Positions 55,146 to 63,762 of a stretch of DNA of 64,000 nt are shown in pieces; position 1 is the stretch's first letter, and each line of letters opens with the position of its first letter. The position numbers and the translations under genes are program-made. Source of the stretch: Chloroflexota bacterium. Its GTDB lineage: Bacteria; Chloroflexota; UBA11872; VXOZ01. The notes beneath the pieces are model-generated. The model worked only from the letters and a program-made list of their open reading frames with translations, ran no database searches and had not been told where the DNA came from. The DNA lies in assembly GCA_963663275.1 (NCBI GenBank), contig OY760183.1, positions 3,232,001-3,296,000 of the forward strand, written 5' to 3'.

Positions 55146-58004
55146 ATGGCATCACAAGTCAAATCAGCCGAAACCATCCGCGAAGAAGAGGTCAACGTCC
55201 ATCTCGCCCTCCTGCTCTCCCAGCGCGGCGTCACGGCCAAGGCCGAGCGCCGCAGCCGGCGGGGCGTGCCCGACGTGCGCGTCACCTTGCGCAGCGGCCT
55301 CATCCTGCTGGAGTGCAAGTGGCAGGGGTCCGAAACCCAACTGGAAGCCCAACTCCAGGAACGCCAAGCCGCCTTCCCCGAGGCGCTCGCCACAATCGGC
55401 GTGCTCTATCCCGACCGGCTGCGGCGCGCCGAGGATACCCAAGCCGCGCTGGAAGAAGCCGACGACCTCCGGTGGTGGCAGGCGAGATTGCCAACGCTGC
55501 TTAACCTGGCCAAGGACTCTCCGGCGGAGCCACGCCGGACAAGCACCGGGTCTGTGGACGATCTCGCAGACTACTTGCGCATCCTGCCGTTAGACCTGCA
55601 GGGCGTAGATTTGGTGGAAGCCGCCGCTGGGAGTGTGGAGTATGCCTTGGAGCAGGCAGCGTATCAGCTTGCCCAACACGAGCGCATCGCCAGTCGCATC
55701 GCCGACATTATTGCGGAAACGGACCAAGAGAAAAACCGCGCCGCCGCGCTGCGCATCGGTTGCCTCGCGCTATTCAATGCCCTGGCCTTTCAAGACCGCC
55801 TAGCCGTCGTTAACGGGGACGTGAAGACGGTTTCAGAGGCTCTGCGCCAAGGTATTCCTAGCCTACAGCAGACTTGGCGGTACATTTTCGATGAAATTGA
55901 CTACAAACCGGTCTTTGGTTTGGCGGCCGACATTCTGGACGTGCTGATGTACGGGCCGGCTGACGTGCGAACGCCCGTCATCGCGCCTTTGGTCAAGGCA
56001 GTGGCAGAGACGCGCAACGTGGAAGGCCACGACCTCTCCGGACGGCTCTTCCACACGCTCTTGTCCGACGCCAAGTTTACCGGCGCGTACTATACCTCCG
56101 TGCCGGCCGCCACGCTGCTGGCGCGGCTCGTCTTCCACCAATGGCCGGCGGGCGTCGATTGGCGCGACCACACCTTTCCCGGTTCCCTCAGCGTGGCCGA
56201 CCTGGCCTGCGGCACCGGCACGCTGCTCATGGCGGTGGCCGCCGAGGCCGAACGCCGCCACACGGCCGCGGGCGGCCGGCGCGCCGCCGCGCTCCACAAG
56301 GCGATGGTGGAGCAAGCCCTGCACGGCTACGACGTGCAGCTTTCTGCTATTCACTTTGCCGCCACCAGCCTCGCGATGTTAAATCCCCATATCGAGTTCG
56401 ACCGCATGAACTTGATTGTAATGCCTCTAGGTGATGATGGCGAGCGCGTGTCGCTGGGTTCGTTGGACTTTCTGGGTACGGACGAAGCAATTGTGCAATA
56501 CGCGCTCCCACGGGAGATTTCCGGGCCTCCCGCAAGGGATGTGGCTCAGATGAACGTCAGTGGGTCTCACGAGGCGGCAAAAGGAAAGAAAGTGAAGCTG
56601 CCGCCGCTTGACTTGGCGATCATGAACCCGCCCTTTACGCGCTCCAGTCTCATGTTTGGCAGCTTGCCGACTGCGGAGCGACGGCAGATACAAGAGGAGA
56701 TGAAACGACGCTTAGAATCCCAGCAGGCATCGGCAACCGCAGGCATGGGCGCGGCCTTCGTTGCGGCTGTCGCGCCAAAGCTGATACCCGGCGAGGGACG
56801 CTTGGCGTTGGTGTTGCCGCTAACCGTTTGCACGGGGCGTTCATGGTCCCAAACCCGCGCCCTGATCGAACAATACTTCAGTCTCGACGTAGTGATAACG
56901 TCCCACGATCCCCAACGCTGGAACTTCTCGGATAGCACGGACCTCTCGGAAGCACTGCTCATCGCCACCCGCCGTCCCAGCGCATCAAACCGTCATTTCC
57001 GCGAAAGCGGGAATCCATCTTCACCCCGCACCACCTTCGTCAACCTCTGGCAAAACCCGGACGGCGTGCTGGACGCCCACCGCGTCGCCCAAGCAGTCAC
57101 CGCCACGACCCCGGCGTACCTGGAAGAAACCGGCACGGCGCTCTTGGAAGTCGACGGCCAACACGTGGGCGAAGTGGTCTCGCTTGTGGAAGCAGACCTG
57201 TCCGGCAAGCAGTGGTTCGGCGTCCAATTCGCCCGCGCCGACATGATCCGCAGCGCCGCGCGACTGTGGGAGAAAGGGGAAGTCTGGATTCCCGGCGAGG
57301 TGTTAACCGCTTCCGTTCCTCTGTGTCAGCTTGGCAGTATCGGCGTACTTGGCCCAGACCGACGTGACATATTGGACGGTTTCGAGCAAACAGATACGAT
57401 CACGGCCTATCCGATGGTAGTGGGCAACGACACGGAGCAAAGAAAGCGCTTGACCGTTGGACCGGACAAATACCTGGCACCGCTTGCCAAACCTCGGCCG
57501 GGCCGACGCCTAAAGCAGCCCGATCAACTTTGGCAAGGGGCAGCCCGGCTACTTGTGGCTGAACGGCTGCGGCTTGACACTGCTCGAGTGGTCGCTATGC
57601 GGTCGGAGCAAAAGGTGCTGTCGAACGTGTGGTGGGAAGTTCAGGTTGAGGATGCGATAACCGAGAAAGCACTTGCCGCTTGGCTTAACTCCTCATTGGG
57701 ACTATTGACCATTTCGGCACAGCGTACCAGCACGGAGGGAGGCTGGGTTGCCCTAAAAAAGGCTGATCTCAAGGGCTTGTTCGTCCTCGACCCGCGCTAC
57801 CTCTCCGCCTCCCAGATTCAGTCCCTCTCCCACCTCTTCGACAGCCTCGCCGCCGCCGAATTCGAGCGTCTCCCCGGCATGACCCACTGCCCCGCCCGCC
57901 AAGCCCTCGACAACGGCATCTCCCAAATCCTCGAACTCCCCGACCTCACCACCCTCCGCCACCTCCTCGCCTCCGAACCCGTAATCTCCAACCGGCGTCT
58001 GTAG
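55146..58004 (+). CDS. Single-chain restriction-modification enzyme (Type IIG/IIL-like): nuclease, amino-methyltransferase and specificity region
   Basis: N-terminal PD-(D/E)xK motif (PDVRV...LECK); methyltransferase motifs X GAYYTS, I DLACGTG and IV NPPF; LALVLP; C-terminal WLNSSLG typical of a TRD region. Confidence 0.85.
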   Translation: MASQVKSAETIREEEVNVHLALLLSQRGVTAKAERRSRRGVPDVRVTLRSGLILLECKWQGSETQLEAQLQERQAAFPEALATIGVLYPDRLRRAEDTQAALEEADDLRWWQARLPTLLNLAKDSPAEPRRTSTGSVDDLADYLRILPLDLQGVDLVEAAAGSVEYALEQAAYQLAQHERIASRIADIIAETDQEKNRAAALRIGCLALFNALAFQDRLAVVNGDVKTVSEALRQGIPSLQQTWRYIFDEIDYKPVFGLAADILDVLMYGPADVRTPVIAPLVKAVAETRNVEGHDLSGRLFHTLLSDAKFTGAYYTSVPAATLLARLVFHQWPAGVDWRDHTFPGSLSVADLACGTGTLLMAVAAEAERRHTAAGGRRAAALHKAMVEQALHGYDVQLSAIHFAATSLAMLNPHIEFDRMNLIVMPLGDDGERVSLGSLDFLGTDEAIVQYALPREISGPPARDVAQMNVSGSHEAAKGKKVKLPPLDLAIMNPPFTRSSLMFGSLPTAERRQIQEEMKRRLESQQASATAGMGAAFVAAVAPKLIPGEGRLALVLPLTVCTGRSWSQTRALIEQYFSLDVVITSHDPQRWNFSDSTDLSEALLIATRRPSASNRHFRESGNPSSPRTTFVNLWQNPDGVLDAHRVAQAVTATTPAYLEETGTALLEVDGQHVGEVVSLVEADLSGKQWFGVQFARADMIRSAARLWEKGEVWIPGEVLTASVPLCQLGSIGVLGPDRRDILDGFEQTDTITAYPMVVGNDTEQRKRLTVGPDKYLAPLAKPRPGRRLKQPDQLWQGAARLLVAERLRLDTARVVAMRSEQKVLSNVWWEVQVEDAITEKALAAWLNSSLGLLTISAQRTSTEGGWVALKKADLKGLFVLDPRYLSASQIQSLSHLFDSLAAAEFERLPGMTHCPARQALDNGISQILELPDLTTLRHLLASEPVISNRRL

Positions 58005-58043
58005 GGTACCTTCAAGAAAATCCATCTTTTTAGGGAGCCAGAC

Positions 58044-58072
58044 TTGACGCTCTATCAAATGCCTGTTATAGT
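58044..58072 (+). promoter_or_regulatory. Sigma70-type promoter of the TIR gene
   Basis: TTGACG, 17-bp spacer, TATAGT; SD GAGGAGG before ATG 58107. Confidence 0.7.
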
Positions 58073-58106
58073 AGACGTATGGTTGTCTTTAATCAGAGGA
58101 GGCCCA

Positions 58107-59180
58107 ATGTCTCTGCCAATTCGTATCACGCCTGACGACATAAGTGCAGTCTGTGGCTACCTTGTCACCAAGCCCACCGGCGCTAGGCTTGCCGAGGCTA
58201 AAGCCATTGTGGAAAAGAAGCATCTTGAGAGACGCAAACTAACTGCATTAAAGTCATGGGGGTTAGTTGAGGACGACGGGAACAAGATGAAGATCAGCGG
58301 TCAGGGGCGTCAGTACGTGAAGGACTCCGGTGCACATAGTAACGAAGTCTTGCGCATGGTGATTCGCCAAGTAGGGCCATATTTGGCGGTAGTTGAGCGT
58401 GTCGTACATCGTCGTGAGGATAGCATAGACTCAAACGAAGTAGCGGCCCACTGGCATGAGCACTTTAGGGATGAGGCTTCTGACTCGGAGGGCGTTCTCA
58501 ACGAACAGGTATTGTGCTTCTTTCACATTGCGCAGGGAGCTGATCTCGGTAGGCTTACCATCGGGCGGAGGGGCATGCCGACCCGCTTTGAATTCGATGT
58601 TGAAGCAACCCGCCTATTCTTCGACGGCACATCGGCAGTTGCACGGGAACTTGAACTTCCAACAAACGGCCTGGCTGAGTCTGATTACATGTCAGATGAG
58701 GTTGATGTTAATGGGGATGAAGCCGGCTCCGAGCAGACCGTGTCAGCCACGAATGAGCCAGATAACAATCGGGTCTTCATCACACACGGAAAGAACCGCA
58801 AGATTCTGGACCAAGTGAAGGAAGTGGTCACTCTTGGGAAGTTTGAACCCGTTGTAGTCATTGAACACGAAACCTCAGCAAAGCCTGTTCCCCATAAGCT
58901 CATGGATGACATGAGGAGGTGTGAAGCTGCGGTTATTCATGTTTGCGGTGAGAGAGTCGTGATTGATGATGAAGGTGAGGAGGCATGGCAGATCAATGAG
59001 AATGTCCTAATTGAGATAGGTGCGGCCATGGCCTTGTATGGAAGCAAGTTCGTTCTTCTCGTAGAGGAAGGAATAGTCCTGCCTTCCAATCTCCAGGGTC
59101 TCTACGAGTGCCGCTACAAAGGTGATGAACTCAGTTTGAGTGCCGCCATGAAGCTACTACGAGCCCTCAACGAGCTATGA
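58107..59180 (+). CDS. TIR-like (CAP12/Pycsar-effector type) domain protein with an N-terminal winged-helix-like region
   Basis: Motifs RVFITHG, NENVLIEIG (catalytic Glu), LLVEEGIVLPSNLQG. Lower GC than the host genes. Confidence 0.85.
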   Translation: MSLPIRITPDDISAVCGYLVTKPTGARLAEAKAIVEKKHLERRKLTALKSWGLVEDDGNKMKISGQGRQYVKDSGAHSNEVLRMVIRQVGPYLAVVERVVHRREDSIDSNEVAAHWHEHFRDEASDSEGVLNEQVLCFFHIAQGADLGRLTIGRRGMPTRFEFDVEATRLFFDGTSAVARELELPTNGLAESDYMSDEVDVNGDEAGSEQTVSATNEPDNNRVFITHGKNRKILDQVKEVVTLGKFEPVVVIEHETSAKPVPHKLMDDMRRCEAAVIHVCGERVVIDDEGEEAWQINENVLIEIGAAMALYGSKFVLLVEEGIVLPSNLQGLYECRYKGDELSLSAAMKLLRALNEL

Positions 59181-59243
59181 GGCTTGTACGTCTAGGTCTA
59201 TTTAGGGACGATGTCAGACACGCCAACTAGCAGGAGGATACCT

Positions 59244-59540
59244 ATGGCTGACTACATCTATGATTCTCGTGGACGACCAGTCGGCTACGTCAGAGGGAGA
59301 TATATTCACAAGCTTAGCGGTGAAGCAGTTGGACAACTCAATGGCACTCGCGTCCATAAGCTGTCAGGGCAGTATGTCGGCGAACTCCATATGCACATGG
59401 TCGTCGACAAGCCCTCTGCCAATTATGGAAGTATCGGGCACGCGGGCAGTCCTGGCAATGCCGGACATCGAGGTAATCCTGGAATTCGAGGTGTCGTCAA
59501 TTGCGGTTACCGTGAAGTCTTTGGTGATCTCTTATCCTGA
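59244..59540 (+). CDS. 4-fold beta-flower-like small protein
   Basis: Repeats IYDSRGRPVGYV / IHKLSGEAVGQL / VHKLSGQYVGEL and a G..G.PG tail. SD AGGAGG. Confidence 0.75.
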   Translation: MADYIYDSRGRPVGYVRGRYIHKLSGEAVGQLNGTRVHKLSGQYVGELHMHMVVDKPSANYGSIGHAGSPGNAGHRGNPGIRGVVNCGYREVFGDLLS

Positions 59541-59617
59541 AGTAGACAAAACCGCCGCCCTCGTCACACCGCAAATCCTAGCTGGCATTTTTGCCCGTAC
59601 CGAGGCTTCTACGCACC

Positions 59618-59848
59618 TTATCTGCGGAAGATTCCGCCAATGGCTGATCCGTTTCGTTTCCAGGCGCTTCCCGGCCAATCGTAGAAATCATCCTCCCAGC
59701 CCTTGCCAAAGTCGTCGTACGACTGGGTGAGATACCGGCGCGACGACTTCACGAAGTTGCGGAATATGCCAAGAAAGACAATATGCCGCAACAGAGCGGA
59801 GCCCTCCGGCGCGACAATTTTCTCGGTGGGTTTCTCTTTCGATTTCAT
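59618..59848 (-). CDS. Small hypothetical protein
   Basis: 76-aa ORF with a GAGGGG SD and an upstream TATAAT; no recognisable motif. Confidence 0.4.
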   Translation of the reverse strand: MKSKEKPTEKIVAPEGSALLRHIVFLGIFRNFVKSSRRYLTQSYDDFGKGWEDDFYDWPGSAWKRNGSAIGGIFRR

Positions 59849-60141
59849 GGCGCATCCCCTCGTCCGGTCTTGCAGCAAACCATTCTTACTTCACACTGTC
59901 CATTATACTGATGCGCCTTACGCCAATAAGGCCGACGCTTACTGCGCAGTCACCCCGATCCCACGCGGAATCTAGAGATCTCGCACTCTAGATTCTTCGT
60001 CGCTGCGCTCCTCAGAATGACAGATTGAGAAACCGCTCTGGGCGCGAGTTTGATGCGCGTGTCCGAGAGTGTCGCACAGCCGTGAGACTGTCTTCACAGA
60101 GGTATACTGAATACGACAAGCATGCAAATGAGGTTAACGGC

Positions 60142-60366
60142 ATGAAGAACATCACTCTGAGCGCCGACGAGGGCTTGCTCGACGCCGCGCGGCGGCGGGC
60201 TGGGGCGGAGGGGACGACGTTGGACGCGCTGTTTCGGCGGTGGTTGGCGGACTACGTGGAGCGCGGGCGGCGGGCTGAGCGGGCTATAGCGACTATCGCG
60301 GAGTTGCGGGAGACGATTGGCACCGGCGGGCGCAAATTTACGCGGGAAGAGATGAACGAGCGGTAG
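60142..60366 (+). CDS. RHH antitoxin (VapB/DUF6364-like) with a decayed toxin
   Basis: [20 protein letters not shown]...[11 protein letters not shown]...FTREEMNER. Confidence 0.8.
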   Translation: MKNITLSADEGLLDAARRRAGAEGTTLDALFRRWLADYVERGRRAERAIATIAELRETIGTGGRKFTREEMNER

Positions 60367-60601
60367 GGTGTTGGCGGGTACGAGCGGGTTGGGTTGCTGG
60401 CTCCGCCGGTCACAAGGGGGTAGGTGTCTAGTAGTCGCCGTGAAGATGGATTCCGGCTCTTGCCGGAATGTCGGACTGCGAACCACCGGTGTCCATAGCA
60501 ACGGCGGTTCACGTTCTTTCAGATTCCCCTATCCTCGAGCGAACGCTCTAAGCGAGGCGCAATGCAAGACACGTCTTGATAAAACCAAGAGGAGCGATTT
60601 C

Positions 60602-60973
60602 ATGGAATTAGGCGCATTTTCGGTCAGTCTGGCGGTCAAGGACATCGAGGCATCGCGGGATTTCTATGCCAGGTTTGGGTTTCAGGTGGTGGGCGGCGAC
60701 GCGGCGGAGCACTGGCTCATTCTCAGGAACGGCACGACCACCATCGGGCTGTTCCAGGGCATGTTCGAGCAAAACATCCTGACGTTCAATCCCGGGTGGG
60801 ACTGGCAGGCGCAGCCGCTGGAGAGCTTTACCGACGTGCGCGAGTTGCAACGGCGGCTCAAGGCGGCAGGCGTGACCCTGATGAACGAGGCCGACGAGGA
60901 CTCCACCGGCCCGGCAAGCTTCGTGGCGCTGGACCCGGACGGCAATCCCATCCTGGTGGACCAGCACGTGTGA
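60602..60973 (+). CDS. VOC / glyoxalase family protein
   Basis: Motifs [50 protein letters not shown]. Confidence 0.92.
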   Translation: MELGAFSVSLAVKDIEASRDFYARFGFQVVGGDAAEHWLILRNGTTTIGLFQGMFEQNILTFNPGWDWQAQPLESFTDVRELQRRLKAAGVTLMNEADEDSTGPASFVALDPDGNPILVDQHV

Positions 60974-61121
60974 GCCCGCGGGCATCAGGCAATCTCCGCA
61001 CCACATTCCGCCGGTTCGGAGCGTCGCCAGCGGCTCGCCACGCCTGGGCTTGTTTTCGCAAAGGCCCATATACGATAATAAGAGAGCCGACTATTATCGT
61101 TTCCGCTAATTGGGCAGCACC

Positions 61122-61265
61122 ATGGCAGCCGCGTCCACAAACAACCGCCATCCTCACGGCCGCCTGGTGAACTGTCCGGGCGGCTACCGGGCCTACGTGC
61201 CGTCCCCCCTGCCGCCGCCGCTGGCGTCCAGTTCGACGCTCGCCGTCCGCCTATCCGCGGCTCCA
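61122..61265 (+). pseudogene. N-terminal remnant of a Fic-family gene
   Basis: GRLVNCPGGYRAYVPSPLPPPL...LAVRLSAA matches the N-terminus of Fic_N-type proteins; the similarity ends after about 47 codons. Confidence 0.6.
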
Positions 61266-61282
61266 AATACTTGCCCGGACGG

Positions 61283-61696
61283 TTACGTGCGCAGAAAGCG
61301 TTCGATCGCCTGGGCGGCAAGTTGATTCACCGTCACGCCGCGCCGTTTGGCTTCCTGTTGCAGGCGCTGCATCAGCCAGGCGTCTTCCAGGGTCACGGTC
61401 AGCCCTTGTTCCGTGCCGGCGGCGGCGGCGGGCGCGGACGGCTGGTCCTGCACCACGATTACCTGGCCGGTATGCTCCACCACGTGGCCGCGGCGAGTTT
61501 GCGTGAGCGAGCGCCATTTTTCCTCGGTCACGGGCCGTCCCCAGGCCTGCTCCACCGCGGAGCGCGTAATCTCCAACCGCTTGCCCTCGATGGTGAGCCA
61601 CGGGCCGTTCTGGTGCAGCACACCCCCGGTTACCTGCTTGAGCACGGCGGCCAGTTCCAGATTGGGCGCGCTCAACTGGATGGTGATACTCGCCAT
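61283..61696 (-). CDS. Hypothetical protein with a C-terminal RHH (CopG-like) domain
   Basis: LTVTLEDAWLMQRLQQEAKRRGVTVNQLAAQAIERFL; SD GAGGAG. Confidence 0.7.
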   Translation of the reverse strand: MASITIQLSAPNLELAAVLKQVTGGVLHQNGPWLTIEGKRLEITRSAVEQAWGRPVTEEKWRSLTQTRRGHVVEHTGQVIVVQDQPSAPAAAAGTEQGLTVTLEDAWLMQRLQQEAKRRGVTVNQLAAQAIERFLRT

Positions 61697-62073
61697 AGCG
61701 AATACTCCTCGCGCGAGGCGTTACGTCAGTACCTTTGTCCATTAGAACACATGCCCGCAAGCGGTACAAGCAATCCCCTTGCCACCGGTGTCGGCGCCGC
61801 GCCTTGACCGTGCGCCAGCATCTCGGTTACGCTCAGTGCCGGAGCAAGGCGGCAGAGTGTTGGCCCGGCGCCGAGCGTATACAGTTCTGAGCCGGTCTTC
61901 TACCGAGGCCAACGACATTTGGCCGCCACCGCGCAAACCAACGCATGGAGCCGATTGCTCGCATAGAGGCAGCTTCTTAATCTGTCATTCTGAGGAGCGG
62001 AGCGACGAAGAATCTTGTGTGGTGAGGTTTCTAGATTCCTCGCTGCGCTCGGAATGACAGTCGCGCGCAATAC

Positions 62074-62217
62074 ACCAATGACAAGAACGTATAACTGACT
62101 AGTGACACTCTCGTAAAACGCACTAGTGACACTCTCGTAAAACGCACTAGCGACGGTCACGCATAACGTACTCGTAACCGTCACGCATCGCTTACCACTG
62201 ACAAGAGTGCACGCCCG
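62074..62217. repeat. Degenerate 24-bp tandem array (6 units)
   Basis: Units: ACCAATGACAAGAACGTATAACTG / ACTAGTGACACTCTCGTAAAACGC (two exact copies) / ACTAGCGACGGTCACGCATAACGT / ACTCGTAACCGTCACGCATCGCTT / ACCACTGACAAGAGTGCACGCCCG. Confidence 0.8.
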
Positions 62218-62300
62218 CAGGGGTCTCAAGTCTCTACCTACTGTTTCCGCGTTGCACGCAATCTGAGAAGTTGAACACACGCTGAGGAAAGGATGAGTCC

Positions 62301-63437
62301 GTGCAAGACATCAACGTTGCCCTGGTGGGTCATCGCTTCATGGGCAAGGCGCACACCCACGCCTACCGCGACGTCAACCTCTTCTATCCGTCGGTGCCCT
62401 ACCGGCCGCGGCTCAAGGTAATCGCGGGGCGCGACCCCACAGCCGTTGAGGAAGCCGCCGCGCAACTTGGCTGGGAAGAATCAACGACGGACTGGCGCGA
62501 GGCCGTCACCCGCGACGACGTCGATCTGGTAGACGTCTCCACGCCGAACCATCTGCACGCCGACGTGGCCATTGCCGCCGCGGAAGCGGGCAAGCAGGTC
62601 ATGTGCGAAAAACCGCTGGCCGTGTCCGTGCCGGAGGCGCGCGCCATGGTGGAGGCCGTGGAGAAAGCCGGCGTGCGCAACACGATTTGCTTCCACTTCC
62701 GGCGCTATCCGGCGATTCGCCTGGCGCGCAAGCTCATCGAAGAGGGTGCGTTGGGCGAGATCTACCACTTTCGCGGCTGGTTCCTGGCGGAGCGTTTCGC
62801 CGATCCGTCCACGCCGCTGGGCTGGCGGATGCAGCAGGAGTACGCCGGTTTCGGCGTATTCGGCGACATCGGCTCCCACGTGCTGGACACCGCGCGCTTC
62901 CTGCTGGGCGACGTGCGCAGCGTCTGCGGCAACCTTGCCACCTACATCAAGGAGCGCCCCACGCCCGAAGGCGGCAGCGGCGCGGTGACCGTGGACGACT
63001 GCGCGCAGGTGCTCATGCAGTTCGCCAACGGCGCGCAGGGCATCCTGGAAGTCACCAAGCTGGCCCGGGGCAACAAGAATAACTTCGGCTTCGAGGTGAA
63101 CGGCAGCAAAGGGTCGGTGCGCTTCTACTTCGAGCGCCTGAACGAGTTGCAGTACTACGCCGGCGACGATCCCGGGCCGCTTGCCGGATTCCGCACCATC
63201 CACGCCTCCGATCCGGCGCACCATGACTACATGTCCGGCTACTGGCCTTCCGCCGCCCACAGCATCGGCTACGGCGAGGCGTTCATCCACATCGTCAAGG
63301 ATTTCCTGGAAGCGGTCGGCAGCGGCGCGCCCATGAGCCCCGACTTCGTGGACGGCCTGCGCGTGCAGGAACTCATGGAAGCCGTGGGCGCGTCGGCGGC
63401 CGCGCGCGGCTGGGTGGACGTGCCTGAACCGGCGTAA
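62301..63437 (+). CDS. Gfo/Idh/MocA family oxidoreductase
   Basis: Motifs VGHRFMGKAH, VDVSTPNHLH, CEKPLA, GDIGSHVLD. Confidence 0.93.
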   Translation: MQDINVALVGHRFMGKAHTHAYRDVNLFYPSVPYRPRLKVIAGRDPTAVEEAAAQLGWEESTTDWREAVTRDDVDLVDVSTPNHLHADVAIAAAEAGKQVMCEKPLAVSVPEARAMVEAVEKAGVRNTICFHFRRYPAIRLARKLIEEGALGEIYHFRGWFLAERFADPSTPLGWRMQQEYAGFGVFGDIGSHVLDTARFLLGDVRSVCGNLATYIKERPTPEGGSGAVTVDDCAQVLMQFANGAQGILEVTKLARGNKNNFGFEVNGSKGSVRFYFERLNELQYYAGDDPGPLAGFRTIHASDPAHHDYMSGYWPSAAHSIGYGEAFIHIVKDFLEAVGSGAPMSPDFVDGLRVQELMEAVGASAAARGWVDVPEPA

Positions 63438-63762
63438 CTCTACATGCCAGTGAGCTATGGACAGTCCCGGCAGTTGCGCGCCAGGAGCAAGCGGGCCGTG
63501 TTCACTCCGTTCATACTTCGACAGGCTCAGCACGAACGGAGTGAACACGGCCGCTGGCACGTAGTTCTCTCTCCAGCGCATCGGCCGCAGGATTACTGGA
63601 AAAGAACTGTCTCAACGCCAACGGTCGATGCGCTGCCATGGGAAAGGCAGCGCGCCTTGGCAAGCGCCCTATGCCCGGCCAGGCGCAACGACAATGGGCG
63701 GCGTGGTACCCTATCTACGACCAAGCCGGTACCATGCACGATTTTGGAAGGGATTGTGAAAC

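Noticed and set aside
53812-55155. ORFs containing AGDKPPRY / RRGTSPRAT / LRRAQHER peptides (also 14851-15258, 41017-41499)
   Set aside because: They are translations of REP arrays, with no SD or domain content.
55146-61696. Prophage or integrative element
   Set aside because: No integrase, tRNA/att site, structural or conjugation genes are visible; it is treated as an accreted accessory island.
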